A stretch of 64,000 bases of DNA from Planctomycetota bacterium (lineage in GTDB: Bacteria; Planctomycetota; PLA2; JAEUHO01). A model generated the notes under the pieces. That model had not been told where the DNA came from. It saw nothing but the letters and a program-made list of their open reading frames with translations, and made no database searches. The stretch lies in assembly GCA_965223505.1 (NCBI GenBank), contig CBDCWP010000026.1, positions 96,001 through 160,000 of the forward strand, given 5' to 3'. Each line of letters starts with the position of its first letter. The first letter of the stretch is position 1. This document shows, piece by piece, positions 28,824 through 39,006 of the stretch. The translations under genes and the position numbers were made by a program.

Positions 28824-29686
28824 GTGAGCACAGCTAGAGCACATCTTCAGCAGGCTACAGTCGTGTTCGCACTCGTGGCCGCTTGCGGCCTGCGAACACC
28901 CACGACAGTTCATGGGGAACCAACTCCGGCGGACTCCACACTTGATGTTCACATAGTCGGCGCGACAGATGCCGGCGACAAGTGGATGCGAGTTGTGGTT
29001 CGCGAGTTGATTCCGTCCTCAACGAGACGACATCACTCGATTGGACAACTGCTTTGGGTTGCTAGAGTCAAGTCTAAGGGTGGTAGAGCGCGGACTTCTC
29101 TTCCTCATAGCGCAGTTCGCGAGTTTCTGGCGGTCTCTGCGTCAACTTCGCAGTCCTGCGAGTACTGGAACGCCGCGGGCCCGCTGCAAGTGGACAAACC
29201 GAATGTGGTAAGGATCCCTGTAGAACTGACGCTGGCACGAACCGCCACTGGTAAAGTCCGTCACTCCAATGAGTGCCGCTGCGAGAAGTCAGTCGTCTGG
29301 TTTCGCAGAGCCAAAGCTCCCTGGGCACCACGCGGTTCAGCGGCCTCCGCGATGCGCCTTTTCCCACTTGATTTGGGCGGTGAGCCCAAAGCAGTAGTCT
29401 CCAGGCTGTGGGTATCCCGGTCTGTGCAGGTGCAGCCGTCTGGCCGATATGTACTTAGAGGGATCGAAGCCGGCGCTGACTACGATCTTGACGTGGTCTC
29501 CTCTACCTGTGGAGAGTCTCAGACCGTTACCTGGAAGGCCGAAGATGGAGAAAGGGCGCCCGAGCTTGTGGTTCAAGAGCCGGGCGACCTTGTCGTACGC
29601 ATCGATTGGCGCGTCGAGCAATCGAAGTCCCGCTATTCGCTCGATTTGGGACCCGCTCCCTTCAGACGCCGACGGTTCAGCGCGAC
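28824..29686 (+). pseudogene. Secreted beta-sandwich (carboxypeptidase-regulatory-like) protein, 3'-truncated by transposon copy 2
   Basis: Signal-like N-terminus; SGRYVLRGIEAGADYDLDV; ORF runs into the transposon end. Confidence 0.55.
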
Positions 29687-29694
29687 TGTGTCCC

Positions 29695-30801
29695 CTACGC
29701 GTTAGGCCGCCTCCGCCAAGCGGAAACTAGTGTTGATAAACGCCCTCTCCGGAACTGTAGATAGCCGTGCTTGCAGAGCGTTCTCTGCGTCGCGCTGCGG
29801 TCGATTGACGCGCGCTCGATGCACGTCGGCATTCTAGCGTTTCTTTCCTTGAATGTCTTGAGCGCGGCATCGGTCTCGATCTTCAGATCGTGCGCGAATG
29901 CCGTTCTCTCTTGCCTCGTGATGGGCCGGCGGTCTTCGAGGGCCTCCGCCGGCGTGGGCCCGGTCGCACCCCATGGCCTCGCCGTCGTATTCGCAACGAG
30001 CAAGGCGTCGTCGAGGTTTTGAGGTAGCCAGATGCGGGGATGTCCTTCCATCTGCGCGATGTGCTGTACACGTCGCTTGAAGTTCCCGCCGCTGCGCTCG
30101 CACGCGCCGTTGTAGGCGGGCGTGTACGGCGGCGACGTGAGTGGCGTGATGCCGTGCTCCTCGAGCAACGCGGCCGTCTGTTCCGAGCGAAATGCGCCGG
30201 CGTTGTCCTTCTTCAGAATGAGCGGCGCTCCGAACAGCGTGATCAATGCGAGCAGCGCCGCGCACACAGTCTTCGTCTTCTCGCCCCGGCAGGCTACGGC
30301 CGCCAGCTGCGCTCCGCTTCCGAGATCGCGAACCAGGAACAGTCGATCCTTGCCCTGCCACAGGCCAGCCTTGGGCCTGGTGAAGTCCGCCGCCCACACC
30401 GCCCCGGCACGAACCCACTTTAGCCGCCTCCGATACCAGCGCCATCGACGCAGCGCCACCCGTAGCAGGCGCCTCTTCATCTCTGAGAGCACTCGATACG
30501 GCACGTCGCTGAACATTCCCCGAAGTACGGTCACACCCGAGAACGGCCCGAGCTCGAACATCGCACGCAGCACCTTCTGCCGCTTCGCTCGTGGTACGTC
30601 ATCGGCCTTGCGGCCACGCTTCTCGTACACCGGCTTGCCCTGGCGAACGCGAAGCTCCCACCGCCTGATCGTTCGCTCGGCCACGCCAAGGACTCGCGCC
30701 AGGTAGGCGCGTGTTTCCTTGTCCCAGCCACTTCGCCGCATCACCTCCACGGCCTGAAGCCGGAACTTCACCTGCTCCTCGTACGACATCCTCTCGCTCA
30801 T
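29695..30801 (-). CDS. Second DDE transposase (copy 2)
   Basis: Near-identical to 16070-17176. Confidence 0.9.
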   Translation of the reverse strand: MSERMSYEEQVKFRLQAVEVMRRSGWDKETRAYLARVLGVAERTIRRWELRVRQGKPVYEKRGRKADDVPRAKRQKVLRAMFELGPFSGVTVLRGMFSDVPYRVLSEMKRRLLRVALRRWRWYRRRLKWVRAGAVWAADFTRPKAGLWQGKDRLFLVRDLGSGAQLAAVACRGEKTKTVCAALLALITLFGAPLILKKDNAGAFRSEQTAALLEEHGITPLTSPPYTPAYNGACERSGGNFKRRVQHIAQMEGHPRIWLPQNLDDALLVANTTARPWGATGPTPAEALEDRRPITRQERTAFAHDLKIETDAALKTFKERNARMPTCIERASIDRSATQRTLCKHGYLQFRRGRLSTLVSAWRRRPNA

Positions 30802-31193
30802 CCCTGCCTCCATCCTCCCTGGTGCGCCACATGCAGCGCGTGCCGAACCCGCGGCGCCTCGCCAAGCCCGCAATCGAAGATGTCCACCTGCGTTCGCACC
30901 ACGCGCACTCGGTGCCGTAGCTTCGACACCTCGCGCTCAAGCTCATGATCGTCGTCAGGCAGCACGGCGCGCGGCCGGCCACAAGCGCCGCCTTCAAGCG
31001 CCTCAACGCCGGCCTGCAAGAACCTACGTCGAAGATCCTGGAAGCGCGTTCGGCCGATGCCCAAACGCTCGCACGCATCGCCAACGCTCCACTGCCGGCC
31101 AAGCGTGAGCAGAATCACCTTCACGCGCTCACGCGCCGTCTCGCTCGCCGACGTGCGCGCCACCAGCGTCGGCATCTCGCTTCGCCGTCCCAT
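30798..31193 (-). CDS. Accessory HTH protein (copy 2)
   Basis: Near-identical to 15678-16073. Confidence 0.8.
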   Translation of the reverse strand: MGRRSEMPTLVARTSASETARERVKVILLTLGRQWSVGDACERLGIGRTRFQDLRRRFLQAGVEALEGGACGRPRAVLPDDDHELEREVSKLRHRVRVVRTQVDIFDCGLGEAPRVRHALHVAHQGGWRQG

Positions 31194-31635
31194 CGCCGTT
31201 TCCTTTCTCTTCAAGGCCCGTGCGCAGCGTCTTCAGCACCGTCTTGCCGCGGTGGCCGCGCTTGGCGCTGCGGCCCTTCTTCGAGGATGCCTGCTTGCGC
31301 CCGCCGCGCGCCAGCCCCAGGCTTCGATTGGCCGCACGAAGCAGGGACTGGTGCCGCCGAAGCTCCTTCTCCAGGTGCTGTTTCTCGGCCTTCAGCGCCA
31401 ATATCTCGCGCTGCGGCGTCTTCTGGATGCCGCGCTTCTTCGGCTCCATCGCCCGCAGCATGCCCTTCAAAGCACGGCCTTCGAGCTGGTAGTAGCGCGA
31501 GAGCGACACGCCCATCTGCTCAGCCGCCTCGCTCGTGCCGATCTCGCCTGAGAGCGCTTCCAATATCACTGCCACGTGCTTGCGCGACGTCTTGCTCGCC
31601 GTGATCGTCGTCACGTTCTTCTTCTTCGTAGGCAT
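31129..31635 (-). CDS. Accessory HTH/coiled-coil protein (copy 2)
   Basis: Protein identical to 15236-15742. Confidence 0.8.
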   Translation of the reverse strand: MPTKKKNVTTITASKTSRKHVAVILEALSGEIGTSEAAEQMGVSLSRYYQLEGRALKGMLRAMEPKKRGIQKTPQREILALKAEKQHLEKELRRHQSLLRAANRSLGLARGGRKQASSKKGRSAKRGHRGKTVLKTLRTGLEEKGNGDGTAKRDADAGGAHVGERDGA

Positions 31636-32996
31636 TACTCCTGCTCCTTCGTGGGCGCCTCGTCAAGGGCCTTGAGCTCCTCGAGCACGTCGTCGAGCAC
31701 GCTCTCGCCCGGCCCCTCCTTGGCCGCATCCTTGCGCTTGCCCGATGCCCGCAAGTCGACCTCTTCGCGAACGCCGTCCTTGTCCGTCAACAGCACCTTG
31801 TCGCCCTCGGCGTGAAGCGACACCGGCTCGTCGCCGATTCGACCCGCCAGGTACAAGGGCTTGCGCGGCTCACCGTGAAGCGCCAACTCCTTGGCGTTCG
31901 TTGCAACCGCCTCCTGCAGGGCGCTGCGCACGCTCTGCGAGGCTTCGAAGAATCGGTCCGCTGGAACCAGGCCGCCAATGCCCTGGTGGGTGCGCTGGAA
32001 GTTGTAGAAGCCGATGAAGTGGGCAATGCGCGTCTTGGCGTCCTCCATGCCGCGGAAGATCGCTCCGTCGATCAGCTCGCGAAACAGCGTGCCCCAGAAA
32101 CGCTCGATCTTGCCAAGCGTCTGCGGCCGCCTCGGCCTGGCCACGATCTGCTTGATGCCGCGCTTCTCGCAAAGCTTGCGAAACGAGCTCTTCCCGCGCC
32201 AGGTCTGATACTGCGCGCCGTTGTCGGTCAAAATCTCCTCGGGCGCGCCGAAGTTCGCGATCGCCTGCTCGAACGTCTCCCGAACCATCGCACCCGACGC
32301 CGATGCGTGAAGCCCGAAGCCCACGATGAAACGCGAGAAGTCGTCCAGGTAGCAAACCAGGTGCACGCGCCGACGCTCGCGCTTCAGGAGAAACGTGAAT
32401 AGATCCGTTTGCCAAAGCTCGTTCGGTCGCTTGCGCTCGAATCGCTTCACCTTGGGCGGGTTGCGCGCCGGCGCAACCGCCTCCACCTCGTAGCCCGCTT
32501 CCTTCAGCACGCGCTGAACCGCGCCGCCTGAAACCGAGATACCCTCCGTTCGGATCAGCATGTCGTGGATCCGATCCTGGCCCCAGTCCGGATGCGCGTC
32601 CTTCATCATCAGGATCGCACGGCGCGCCGGCTCGGGCAGCCCGCTGCCCTTCATGCCGCGCTTGTGCCCGAGCAAACCGGCGGGGCCCTCCTCCTCGAAC
32701 TTGCGACGCCACGCGTACAGCGACGCCGTGCTCACGCCGATCAGCGGCGCGAACTCCGTGGCCGCAAGCTCGCTGCGAAACCAACAGTCAAGCGCCAACA
32801 GGCGCTGCTCGCCCGTGAACTCCGCGCTACGCGATGCGTCGCTTCGCACCGTTCGCGCACGACGGCTGCGTGTGCCGCGGGGCACGTAGCCGCTCACGGC
32901 CCGCTTCCTCCGCTCGGCTCCGGCGACTTCGTCGCCTCCGCCTCCCTTCGGAAGCGGGCCGTCCAACCTCTCGGGCGCCTTCGTATCGTCGTTCAT
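31635..32996 (-). CDS. IS481-like DDE transposase (copy 2)
   Basis: Protein identical to 13875-15236. Confidence 0.92.
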   Translation of the reverse strand: MNDDTKAPERLDGPLPKGGGGDEVAGAERRKRAVSGYVPRGTRSRRARTVRSDASRSAEFTGEQRLLALDCWFRSELAATEFAPLIGVSTASLYAWRRKFEEEGPAGLLGHKRGMKGSGLPEPARRAILMMKDAHPDWGQDRIHDMLIRTEGISVSGGAVQRVLKEAGYEVEAVAPARNPPKVKRFERKRPNELWQTDLFTFLLKRERRRVHLVCYLDDFSRFIVGFGLHASASGAMVRETFEQAIANFGAPEEILTDNGAQYQTWRGKSSFRKLCEKRGIKQIVARPRRPQTLGKIERFWGTLFRELIDGAIFRGMEDAKTRIAHFIGFYNFQRTHQGIGGLVPADRFFEASQSVRSALQEAVATNAKELALHGEPRKPLYLAGRIGDEPVSLHAEGDKVLLTDKDGVREEVDLRASGKRKDAAKEGPGESVLDDVLEELKALDEAPTKEQE

Positions 32997-33095
32997 CTCT
33001 CTTCCTTTCCCTGGCACATAGGCCAGCCAAAGGAGAGAGCCTTATCAACACCGGTTTCCTGCCCTTCGCAGGTCACCTATTCGTCGAGGGAGACA

Positions 33096-33901
33096 AGCCA
33101 TGCACGCCAGAGTCGCACATCAGTTCCGAAGTCCTGGCCCGTTGCCGCCTTGAGTGCCTTGGAACATAGGTCGCGCCTGCGCGTCGTTGTCTGTCGCGCG
33201 AGAGCATCAACGAGAGCGCTTGCCGCCTTTGGATATGGATGCGTCCGGAACCAGTCGAGTACGAACTCTTCATCATCCGCTTCCAGGCCGGCATCGAGTG
33301 CACGCACGAGTCGAGGTGCTGCGGCCGCCGCATCCACTGCAGCGAGGGCTTGGAGAGCGGCGAAGCGTACCTCCGAATCCCCGGCGCCCGTGAGGTTCGC
33401 TAGGCGAGCGGAGAGTTGTCGCGCAGACGCTCCCAGCAACTCGACGGCACCAAGCACAGTCCGGCGAACGTAGGAGGGCTGGGATTCGTCTTCAGCGACT
33501 TCGAGCACCTCTGAGGAGTGGGCCCGAGCGGCGTCACGTATCCCGTCTCGGGCGGCTGAAACCACGTCACCGGGTTGAGTCTCGTCGAGAGCCGCGAGCA
33601 ATACGGAACGACTCTGCTCGAACGAGAGCGTGCCCAAATGGCGGAGCGCCTTCAGCTTCGCTTGGTCGTGCCCTGACGCGCGGGCGCGATCGAGAAGTGC
33701 CTTCGTGGCCTGGCGGTCACCGGTGGCCGCCCTTAGAGCCAGCATGGCGGCGCTGGCTTCCGCGGCATTGAGCTCCGGTTCTGATTGGACGATGGCGGAG
33801 GCGAATTGCTGCACGTCGCTCCTGCGCCGAGATGAGCCTCTATGTGAGGCGCCTGCCAGCCTCTCTTGCGCGCGTGTTGCTCGGTCGGCTTGAGGATCCA
33901 A
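33096..33901 (-). pseudogene. HEAT-repeat protein fragment
   Basis: DSEVRFAALQALA, TGQDFGTDVRLWRAWL; last codons supplied by the transposon; 5' end uncertain. Confidence 0.6.
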
Positions 33902-34221
33902 AGGAGGACATAGAGGTTGCGCTCCCCTGCGCGCGGACCCTGAATCGGCACGAACGCTGGCTCACTCAGCGGCTGTTCGATGCCGTCATGGCGCTGCACG
34001 GCCGGCATCCGAAACGCGGTGAGGTCCTCCTTCACCTCAACGCGTTCGTCCGCACCCACACCGACGTCGTCCTGAAGATTTGGGCCGACGCAGTCGAAGC
34101 GACGATCGTGAACTGGTTGAACTTCGCCGGATCGCTCCGGGACCTTCCTGCAAGCGCCCTCGATCCGTATCCAGAGGCACGCAAGGCGGTGGCGTTCATC
34201 AGGAAACTGCCGCGCCGATGA
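33900..34221 (+). pseudogene. Possible C-terminal gene fragment whose stop abuts arm motif copy 5
   Basis: Protein-like frame DIEVALPCARTLNRHERWL...FIRKLPRR-stop with no convincing start. Confidence 0.35.
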
Positions 34222-34225
34222 AGTG

Positions 34226-34270
34226 CGAGGTCGTGGCAGAAGAACAGCAAAGAAGTGGTCATAGTCACTT
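34226..34270 (+). repeat. Solo 45-bp arm motif, copy 5 (no tRNA core)
   Basis: Exact match to copies 2-4. Confidence 0.95.
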
Positions 34271-34524
34271 CGCGGCACGCGCCTCGGCGTGCCCCGAGCG
34301 CGACTTGCCCGCTTCCTATGTCACAGGCGATTCACGATGTGGCGCGTCGTTGCTCGCCGCTCCTACTGGCTCTCGCTACGCGTCGCTGGTTCGACGGGAG
34401 GCGCCCCGACCAACACGACGCCCCTCATGCCAATCACGGCGCGCGTCTCCAATCGTGAGCTCCGTAGCAAGCGGAGCAGGGTCAAGCGCCCGGTCGTGCG
34501 ATGCAGGCCGGCCGCGCAAGGGGG

Positions 34525-37125
34525 CTAGACGCTGCTTGAGGCCTGCGTCGGGCCCTCTGAAGCGGTTGCGATCGGCTCTCTTGCCTTCTTCACCTTGCAG
34601 ACAAGCAAAGTCAGGTCGTCGTCCGTCTCCTGCCCTGCGGCAAAGGAGTGGGCGGAGTCGTAGAGGGCTTCCACGATGCCCGACGCCGTCTTCCCACGCT
34701 GGTCGCGAACCGTCCCCAGCACGCGCTCGGACTCGTAGAGCTCCCCATCGGGTGCATGCACCTCCGTGATCCCGTCCGTCACGAGCGCGATGACATCGCC
34801 CTCGTGAAGTCCAAGCGGCTCACCCTCACCATACGTGGCGCCTTGAAGCAAGCCCAGGGCCGGTCCCGTCGGGGCGAGCTCTGCACGAACCGCGCCCATT
34901 GCCCCCATGACCAGGCCCGCCGGGTGACCGGCATTGGCGTACGCCAGGTGCAGCGTCCGATGGTCGAAGCGCACCAAGAGAAGCGACACGAAGCGATCGT
35001 CCGGAATGTCCTCGCACAGGAGCTCGTTCAGGAGCGCAAGCGCCTCGTGGATGGAGTTGCCGGCGGTCAGCAAGGAGCGCAGGTGGGCGCGCACCTCCAT
35101 CATGATCAGTGCGGGCCCGACGCCATGGCCGCTGACGTCACCAATGACGAGCGCCACCGTGTCGTCAGGCAACGGAATCACGTCGAAGTAGTCGCCGCAT
35201 GTGACGCCTGCCGGATACACCACGCCCGCGACGTCAAGGCCCGCGACGCGAGGTGTGTCCGTGGGATAAAGCCGCTGCTGGATGATCCCCGCCACGCGCA
35301 TTTCAGCCTCTCGCTCGTGCAGCAAAATCCTCTCCGTCATGTCCTTGGTAACCGAGACGAAGTGGGTCACCTGCCCCTGTGTGTCCCGGATCGGCGTGAC
35401 CGACTGCTCGCCATGCCAGAGGGCGCCGTCCTTCCTGCGATTGACCGTCGTGCCCCGGTAGACGTCCCCCCGCAGGATCGTGTCCCACATCAGCCGGAAG
35501 TGTTCGGCGTCATGGGTACCGGAGTTCAAGATGCGGGGCGTCTTGCCCAGGGCCTGCTTTCGCGTGAAGCCCGTCGTCCCCTCGAACCCGCGGTTGACGT
35601 AGTGGATCTTCCCAACGCGATCGGTGACGAAGATCGCATCGGCAGACTGATCCACCGCCGCCGTGAGCCGCCTGATGCTGTCGTCTTTGGCCTTCGCTGC
35701 CGTGATGTCGTGGAACACCACGACGCCACCGAGCGCCTCGCCCCGGTCCGACCGCAAGGGGGCGCCGCTGACAAGCAGCCACACGCCATCCGTCGCCGAG
35801 GCGCGGCGAACGAAGAACTCCTCGTCCTCGAAGTGCTCTCCCGCGACCGCACGGGCCAGGGGCAGGGTGCCCGGCGCCTCGGGGGATGCCGGATCGCCCA
35901 CGAGGCTGCCGACGCCGACCGCGGCCCAGCCCCGGCGCGCGACGGTGTCCTCGAGCCCACCGACGATCCGCGTCGCCGCCTCATTCACGAGCTGGATTTC
36001 GCCGCTCTTGTCCGCGACGACAACGCCTTGGTCCAGGCTCCGCAGGAGCGAACGCGTCAGGTGCAGGCTGCGTTTCTCTTGCGCGAGCCGCTCCCTCGCC
36101 TCCCGGAAGCCCAGGCCCGTCGCCGCCAGCGTGAGCAACAACCACACCAGCAGACCGAGCAGGATCGAGCCACGGCTCCTGCTCCTCGCCATGAATGCGG
36201 GCCCTGGCGCAGCGCCGAACCGCAGTGCGCGACCGGCGACCTCCAGTCGTGCCGTCGCTCGGAAGTCTCCGGAGCGGGCCCCCTGCCGGTCGGCATCAGC
36301 GACCAGGGGCAGCCAGATGCGATCGTCGCGCGCGTCCCGCAGCTCGACGCGGTCGCCGCGAAGCGTGCCGTCCAGCACTCCGTGAGCCAGCCTCGCGAGG
36401 AGGTTGTCGACGCGCCATGACAACAGCACGACGCCCAGCGGGTTGTCGGACGCATCACTCGTGACGGTGCCGGCCGTACGGAAGATCGGCAGCATGACGA
36501 GCAGCGCATCCGAAGAGGTCGTCTCGTGGACGAGGCGCACGGGATCCGAGAGCTGCGGTCGACCGGTTGCAACCGCCCGCTGGAGCGCCGCGCTGCAGAT
36601 GGCGTCCGACGCCAGGTCGAAGCCAAGCGACGGCTCTACGCCTTCTCGGGCCTCTATGTACGTGACAGGAAAGAGCTCCGGGGACGGGGGCGCGGCCGAG
36701 AGCTGCCCCTCGCGTCCGCGGTGCGTAATCGCGTAGTCCTTGAAACCCTCCGCCCGCATGCGAGCGACGTGCGCCTCCCGACCCTGCGCGGTTACCCGCG
36801 GCGCCCACTCGACCGCTTGGATGTCGGGATGCCTGGCGAGCGCCAGCCGCGCGAAGTCCAAGAACTCACGACGGGTCACGAACTCGGAGCTTCGGTAGAG
36901 TCCCGCGAGGTACTCGAGCATCTCGACAGAGGACCCGATCTCCGCTTCGACGGAGGCGACCTGCTTGGCGAGGTACTCGCGAAACCGCTCGTGTACTTCT
37001 TCCCGCTCGCCCGTGCGGGCCACGTGGTAGGCCCCGAAGCCGGCGATCGGAGCCGCAGTGAGAAGGAGCAGCAAGAACAGGCGGCTGCGGCGGGCGGTCG
37101 TCAACATGGGGCGGGCGGGGTTCAC
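34525..37125 (-). CDS. CHASE-PAS-PAS-SpoIIE (PP2C-type) sensor phosphatase
   Basis: TM-CHASE (LGFDLASD...A..TG)-TM; two PAS domains; CGDYFD, IGDVSGHGVGPAL, YANAGH, LVTDGITE, DDLT. Confidence 0.92.
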   Translation of the reverse strand: MNPARPMLTTARRSRLFLLLLLTAAPIAGFGAYHVARTGEREEVHERFREYLAKQVASVEAEIGSSVEMLEYLAGLYRSSEFVTRREFLDFARLALARHPDIQAVEWAPRVTAQGREAHVARMRAEGFKDYAITHRGREGQLSAAPPSPELFPVTYIEAREGVEPSLGFDLASDAICSAALQRAVATGRPQLSDPVRLVHETTSSDALLVMLPIFRTAGTVTSDASDNPLGVVLLSWRVDNLLARLAHGVLDGTLRGDRVELRDARDDRIWLPLVADADRQGARSGDFRATARLEVAGRALRFGAAPGPAFMARSRSRGSILLGLLVWLLLTLAATGLGFREARERLAQEKRSLHLTRSLLRSLDQGVVVADKSGEIQLVNEAATRIVGGLEDTVARRGWAAVGVGSLVGDPASPEAPGTLPLARAVAGEHFEDEEFFVRRASATDGVWLLVSGAPLRSDRGEALGGVVVFHDITAAKAKDDSIRRLTAAVDQSADAIFVTDRVGKIHYVNRGFEGTTGFTRKQALGKTPRILNSGTHDAEHFRLMWDTILRGDVYRGTTVNRRKDGALWHGEQSVTPIRDTQGQVTHFVSVTKDMTERILLHEREAEMRVAGIIQQRLYPTDTPRVAGLDVAGVVYPAGVTCGDYFDVIPLPDDTVALVIGDVSGHGVGPALIMMEVRAHLRSLLTAGNSIHEALALLNELLCEDIPDDRFVSLLLVRFDHRTLHLAYANAGHPAGLVMGAMGAVRAELAPTGPALGLLQGATYGEGEPLGLHEGDVIALVTDGITEVHAPDGELYESERVLGTVRDQRGKTASGIVEALYDSAHSFAAGQETDDDLTLLVCKVKKAREPIATASEGPTQASSSV

Positions 37126-37608
37126 GGATCGTGCCTACGAGAGACACGCCACATATCGTGCCGCCCACCGAGAGCCTCGATCTGGGCGTCTCGGACTCGA
37201 GCTAGGACCTGAGGATACTCGTCCCCTGCGGGTGGACGGCGCATAAAGGGGCCGTCCCCCCCTCGCTCGGTGCAAGCCAGGCGAGAAGAGCCTGCGCTGC
37301 AGGCGCAACGGCAGCGAGCGGGCAGGGCTCGTGTGCCCACTTCGGAATCCGACCCGGATGCCGGGCGATGGTGCCCTTGGGATGTTCTGCCCCCGACTAC
37401 GCTCTACTTGTTCCCTCCAACTCGAATCGGACACCGCCCCATGAAGTCGCACTCAATGCCATCCCCCTTGCTTAATATCTGTCGAACCCCGGCCCTCTGC
37501 GTTGCACCGAGCGCCACCGTGAGCGACGCGACTCGTGTGATGGTCGAGAACCGGGTCGGGGCCGTCGCCGTCGTCAAGGACGACGTCCTGGTGGGCATCC
37601 TCACCGAG

Positions 37609-39006
37609 GAGGGTGTACCGTTCTTTCTGTAAATGGCTCCCCGGAGGAGAGGCGCTCGCTTCGCTTGAATCAGCTAGCTGATTCAAGCGAAGCGGGCGCG
37701 CCGCCATCTCCCGGGGCGAACTGAGTGGCGGATCAACGCCGTACCTTTGCAGGTAACGACACCACGCAAAGGAGGAACGACGTGACCCACCACGAACAGC
37801 GTACGCCTTGGGGCGACGCACTGGAAGCGCTCAGCGAGAACGGGTTCGACGGCATGGCTGAGGCGATGCGGGTGCTGGTGAACGAGGCCATGAAGGTCGA
37901 ACGCAGTGCCTTCCTCGGCGCCGAGCCCCACGAACGCACGGATCAGCGCCGCGGCTACGCCAACGGCTTCAAGCGCAAGCGCGTCAGAACCCGCTTGGGC
38001 GAGATCGACGTCCAGGTGCCCCAGGTTCGCGACGTCGAGGGCGGCGACACGTTCTACCCCTCCAGCCTCGAACGCGGCCAGCGAAGCGAGAGAGCGCTCA
38101 CGCTGGCCCTGGCGGAGATGTACGTCCAGGGCGTCTCGACGCGGCGTGTCGAGGCGATCACGAAGGTGCTTTGCAACGGCCTGGAGATCAGCTCCACGAG
38201 CGTGTCTCGAGCAGCTGCGCTGCTCGACGAGGAGCTCGAGCGCTGGCGCACACGTCCGCTCGGCGCGTTCAAGTACCTCGTACTCGACGCTCGCTACGAG
38301 AAGGTGCGCCACGGCGGATCGGTGCGCGACTGCGCTGTGCTGATCGCCATCGGCGTCGATTCTCACGGCAAGCGCAGCGTGCTGGGAACGAGCGTGAGCC
38401 TCTCGGAGGCCGAGGTCCATTGGCGCGAGTTCCTCGCTTCTCTCCAGGATCGCGGCCTTCACGGCGTCGAGCTCATCACCAGCGACGGCCACAAGGGCAT
38501 TGCGGCCGCGCTGGCGGCGCGGTTCGCCGGCGTGGCCTGGCAGCGCTGCCAGTTCCACCTGCAGCAGAACGCGCAGAGCTACGTTCCGCGCCAGAAGCTT
38601 CGACGCGACGTTGCCGCTGACCTTCGCGCCGCGTTCAATGCGACGTCGCGTCGCGAGGCCGAAGAGAAGCTCAAGGCCTTCGTGAAGAAGTGGGACAAGC
38701 CCGCGCCCGACCTGGCGCGCTGGGCCGAAGAGAACATTCCGCAGGGCTTCACCGTGTTCGATCTCGGCCTGAACGAAGCGCAGCGCAAGCGCCTTCGCAC
38801 CACCAACAGCCTCGAGAACCTGAATCAGCAGATCCGCCGCCGCACTCGCGTCGCCGGATTGTTTCCGAACGAAGCGTCCTTGCTGCGGCTCGCAAGCGCG
38901 GTGCTCATCGAGATCAGCGAGGAATGGGAAACCGGACGGAGGTACTTGCCGAGGGACGACGCTTGATCAACCGCTCAGCGATTTACAGAAAGAACGTTGC
39001 TCTGCC
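37609..39006 (+). mobile_element. IS256-family insertion sequence
   Basis: 26-bp imperfect IRs sharing CGTTCTTTCTGTAAAT; 8-bp TSD TCACCGAG at 37601-37608 and 39007-39014. Confidence 0.95.
37782..38966 (+). CDS. IS256-family (mutator) transposase
   Basis: EMYVQGVSTRRV, LDARYEKVR, ITSDGHKG, WQRCQFH, RTTNSLENLN; GTG after AAAGGAGG. Confidence 0.95.
   Translation: MTHHEQRTPWGDALEALSENGFDGMAEAMRVLVNEAMKVERSAFLGAEPHERTDQRRGYANGFKRKRVRTRLGEIDVQVPQVRDVEGGDTFYPSSLERGQRSERALTLALAEMYVQGVSTRRVEAITKVLCNGLEISSTSVSRAAALLDEELERWRTRPLGAFKYLVLDARYEKVRHGGSVRDCAVLIAIGVDSHGKRSVLGTSVSLSEAEVHWREFLASLQDRGLHGVELITSDGHKGIAAALAARFAGVAWQRCQFHLQQNAQSYVPRQKLRRDVAADLRAAFNATSRREAEEKLKAFVKKWDKPAPDLARWAEENIPQGFTVFDLGLNEAQRKRLRTTNSLENLNQQIRRRTRVAGLFPNEASLLRLASAVLIEISEEWETGRRYLPRDDA

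Larger units (their letters stand above)
29687..33095 (-). mobile_element. Dual-DDE transposon, copy 2 (inverted, 3409 bp)
   Basis: Near-identical reverse complement of 13776-17184. Confidence 0.93.

Noticed and set aside
13771..29686. GTCGT (left of copy 1) and GTCGC (right end of copy 2) as a swapped target duplication
   Set aside because: Only 4 of 5 bases match and the flanking genes are not halves of the same gene.
526..34270. 45-bp repeats as a CRISPR array
   Set aside because: Spacing is 1.7-21 kb with whole genes in between, and no cas genes are visible.
34648..36420. 590-aa plus-strand ORF (and 8553-9662, 44285-45304, 49984-51285)
   Set aside because: Shadow frames of well-supported genes with no domain motifs.
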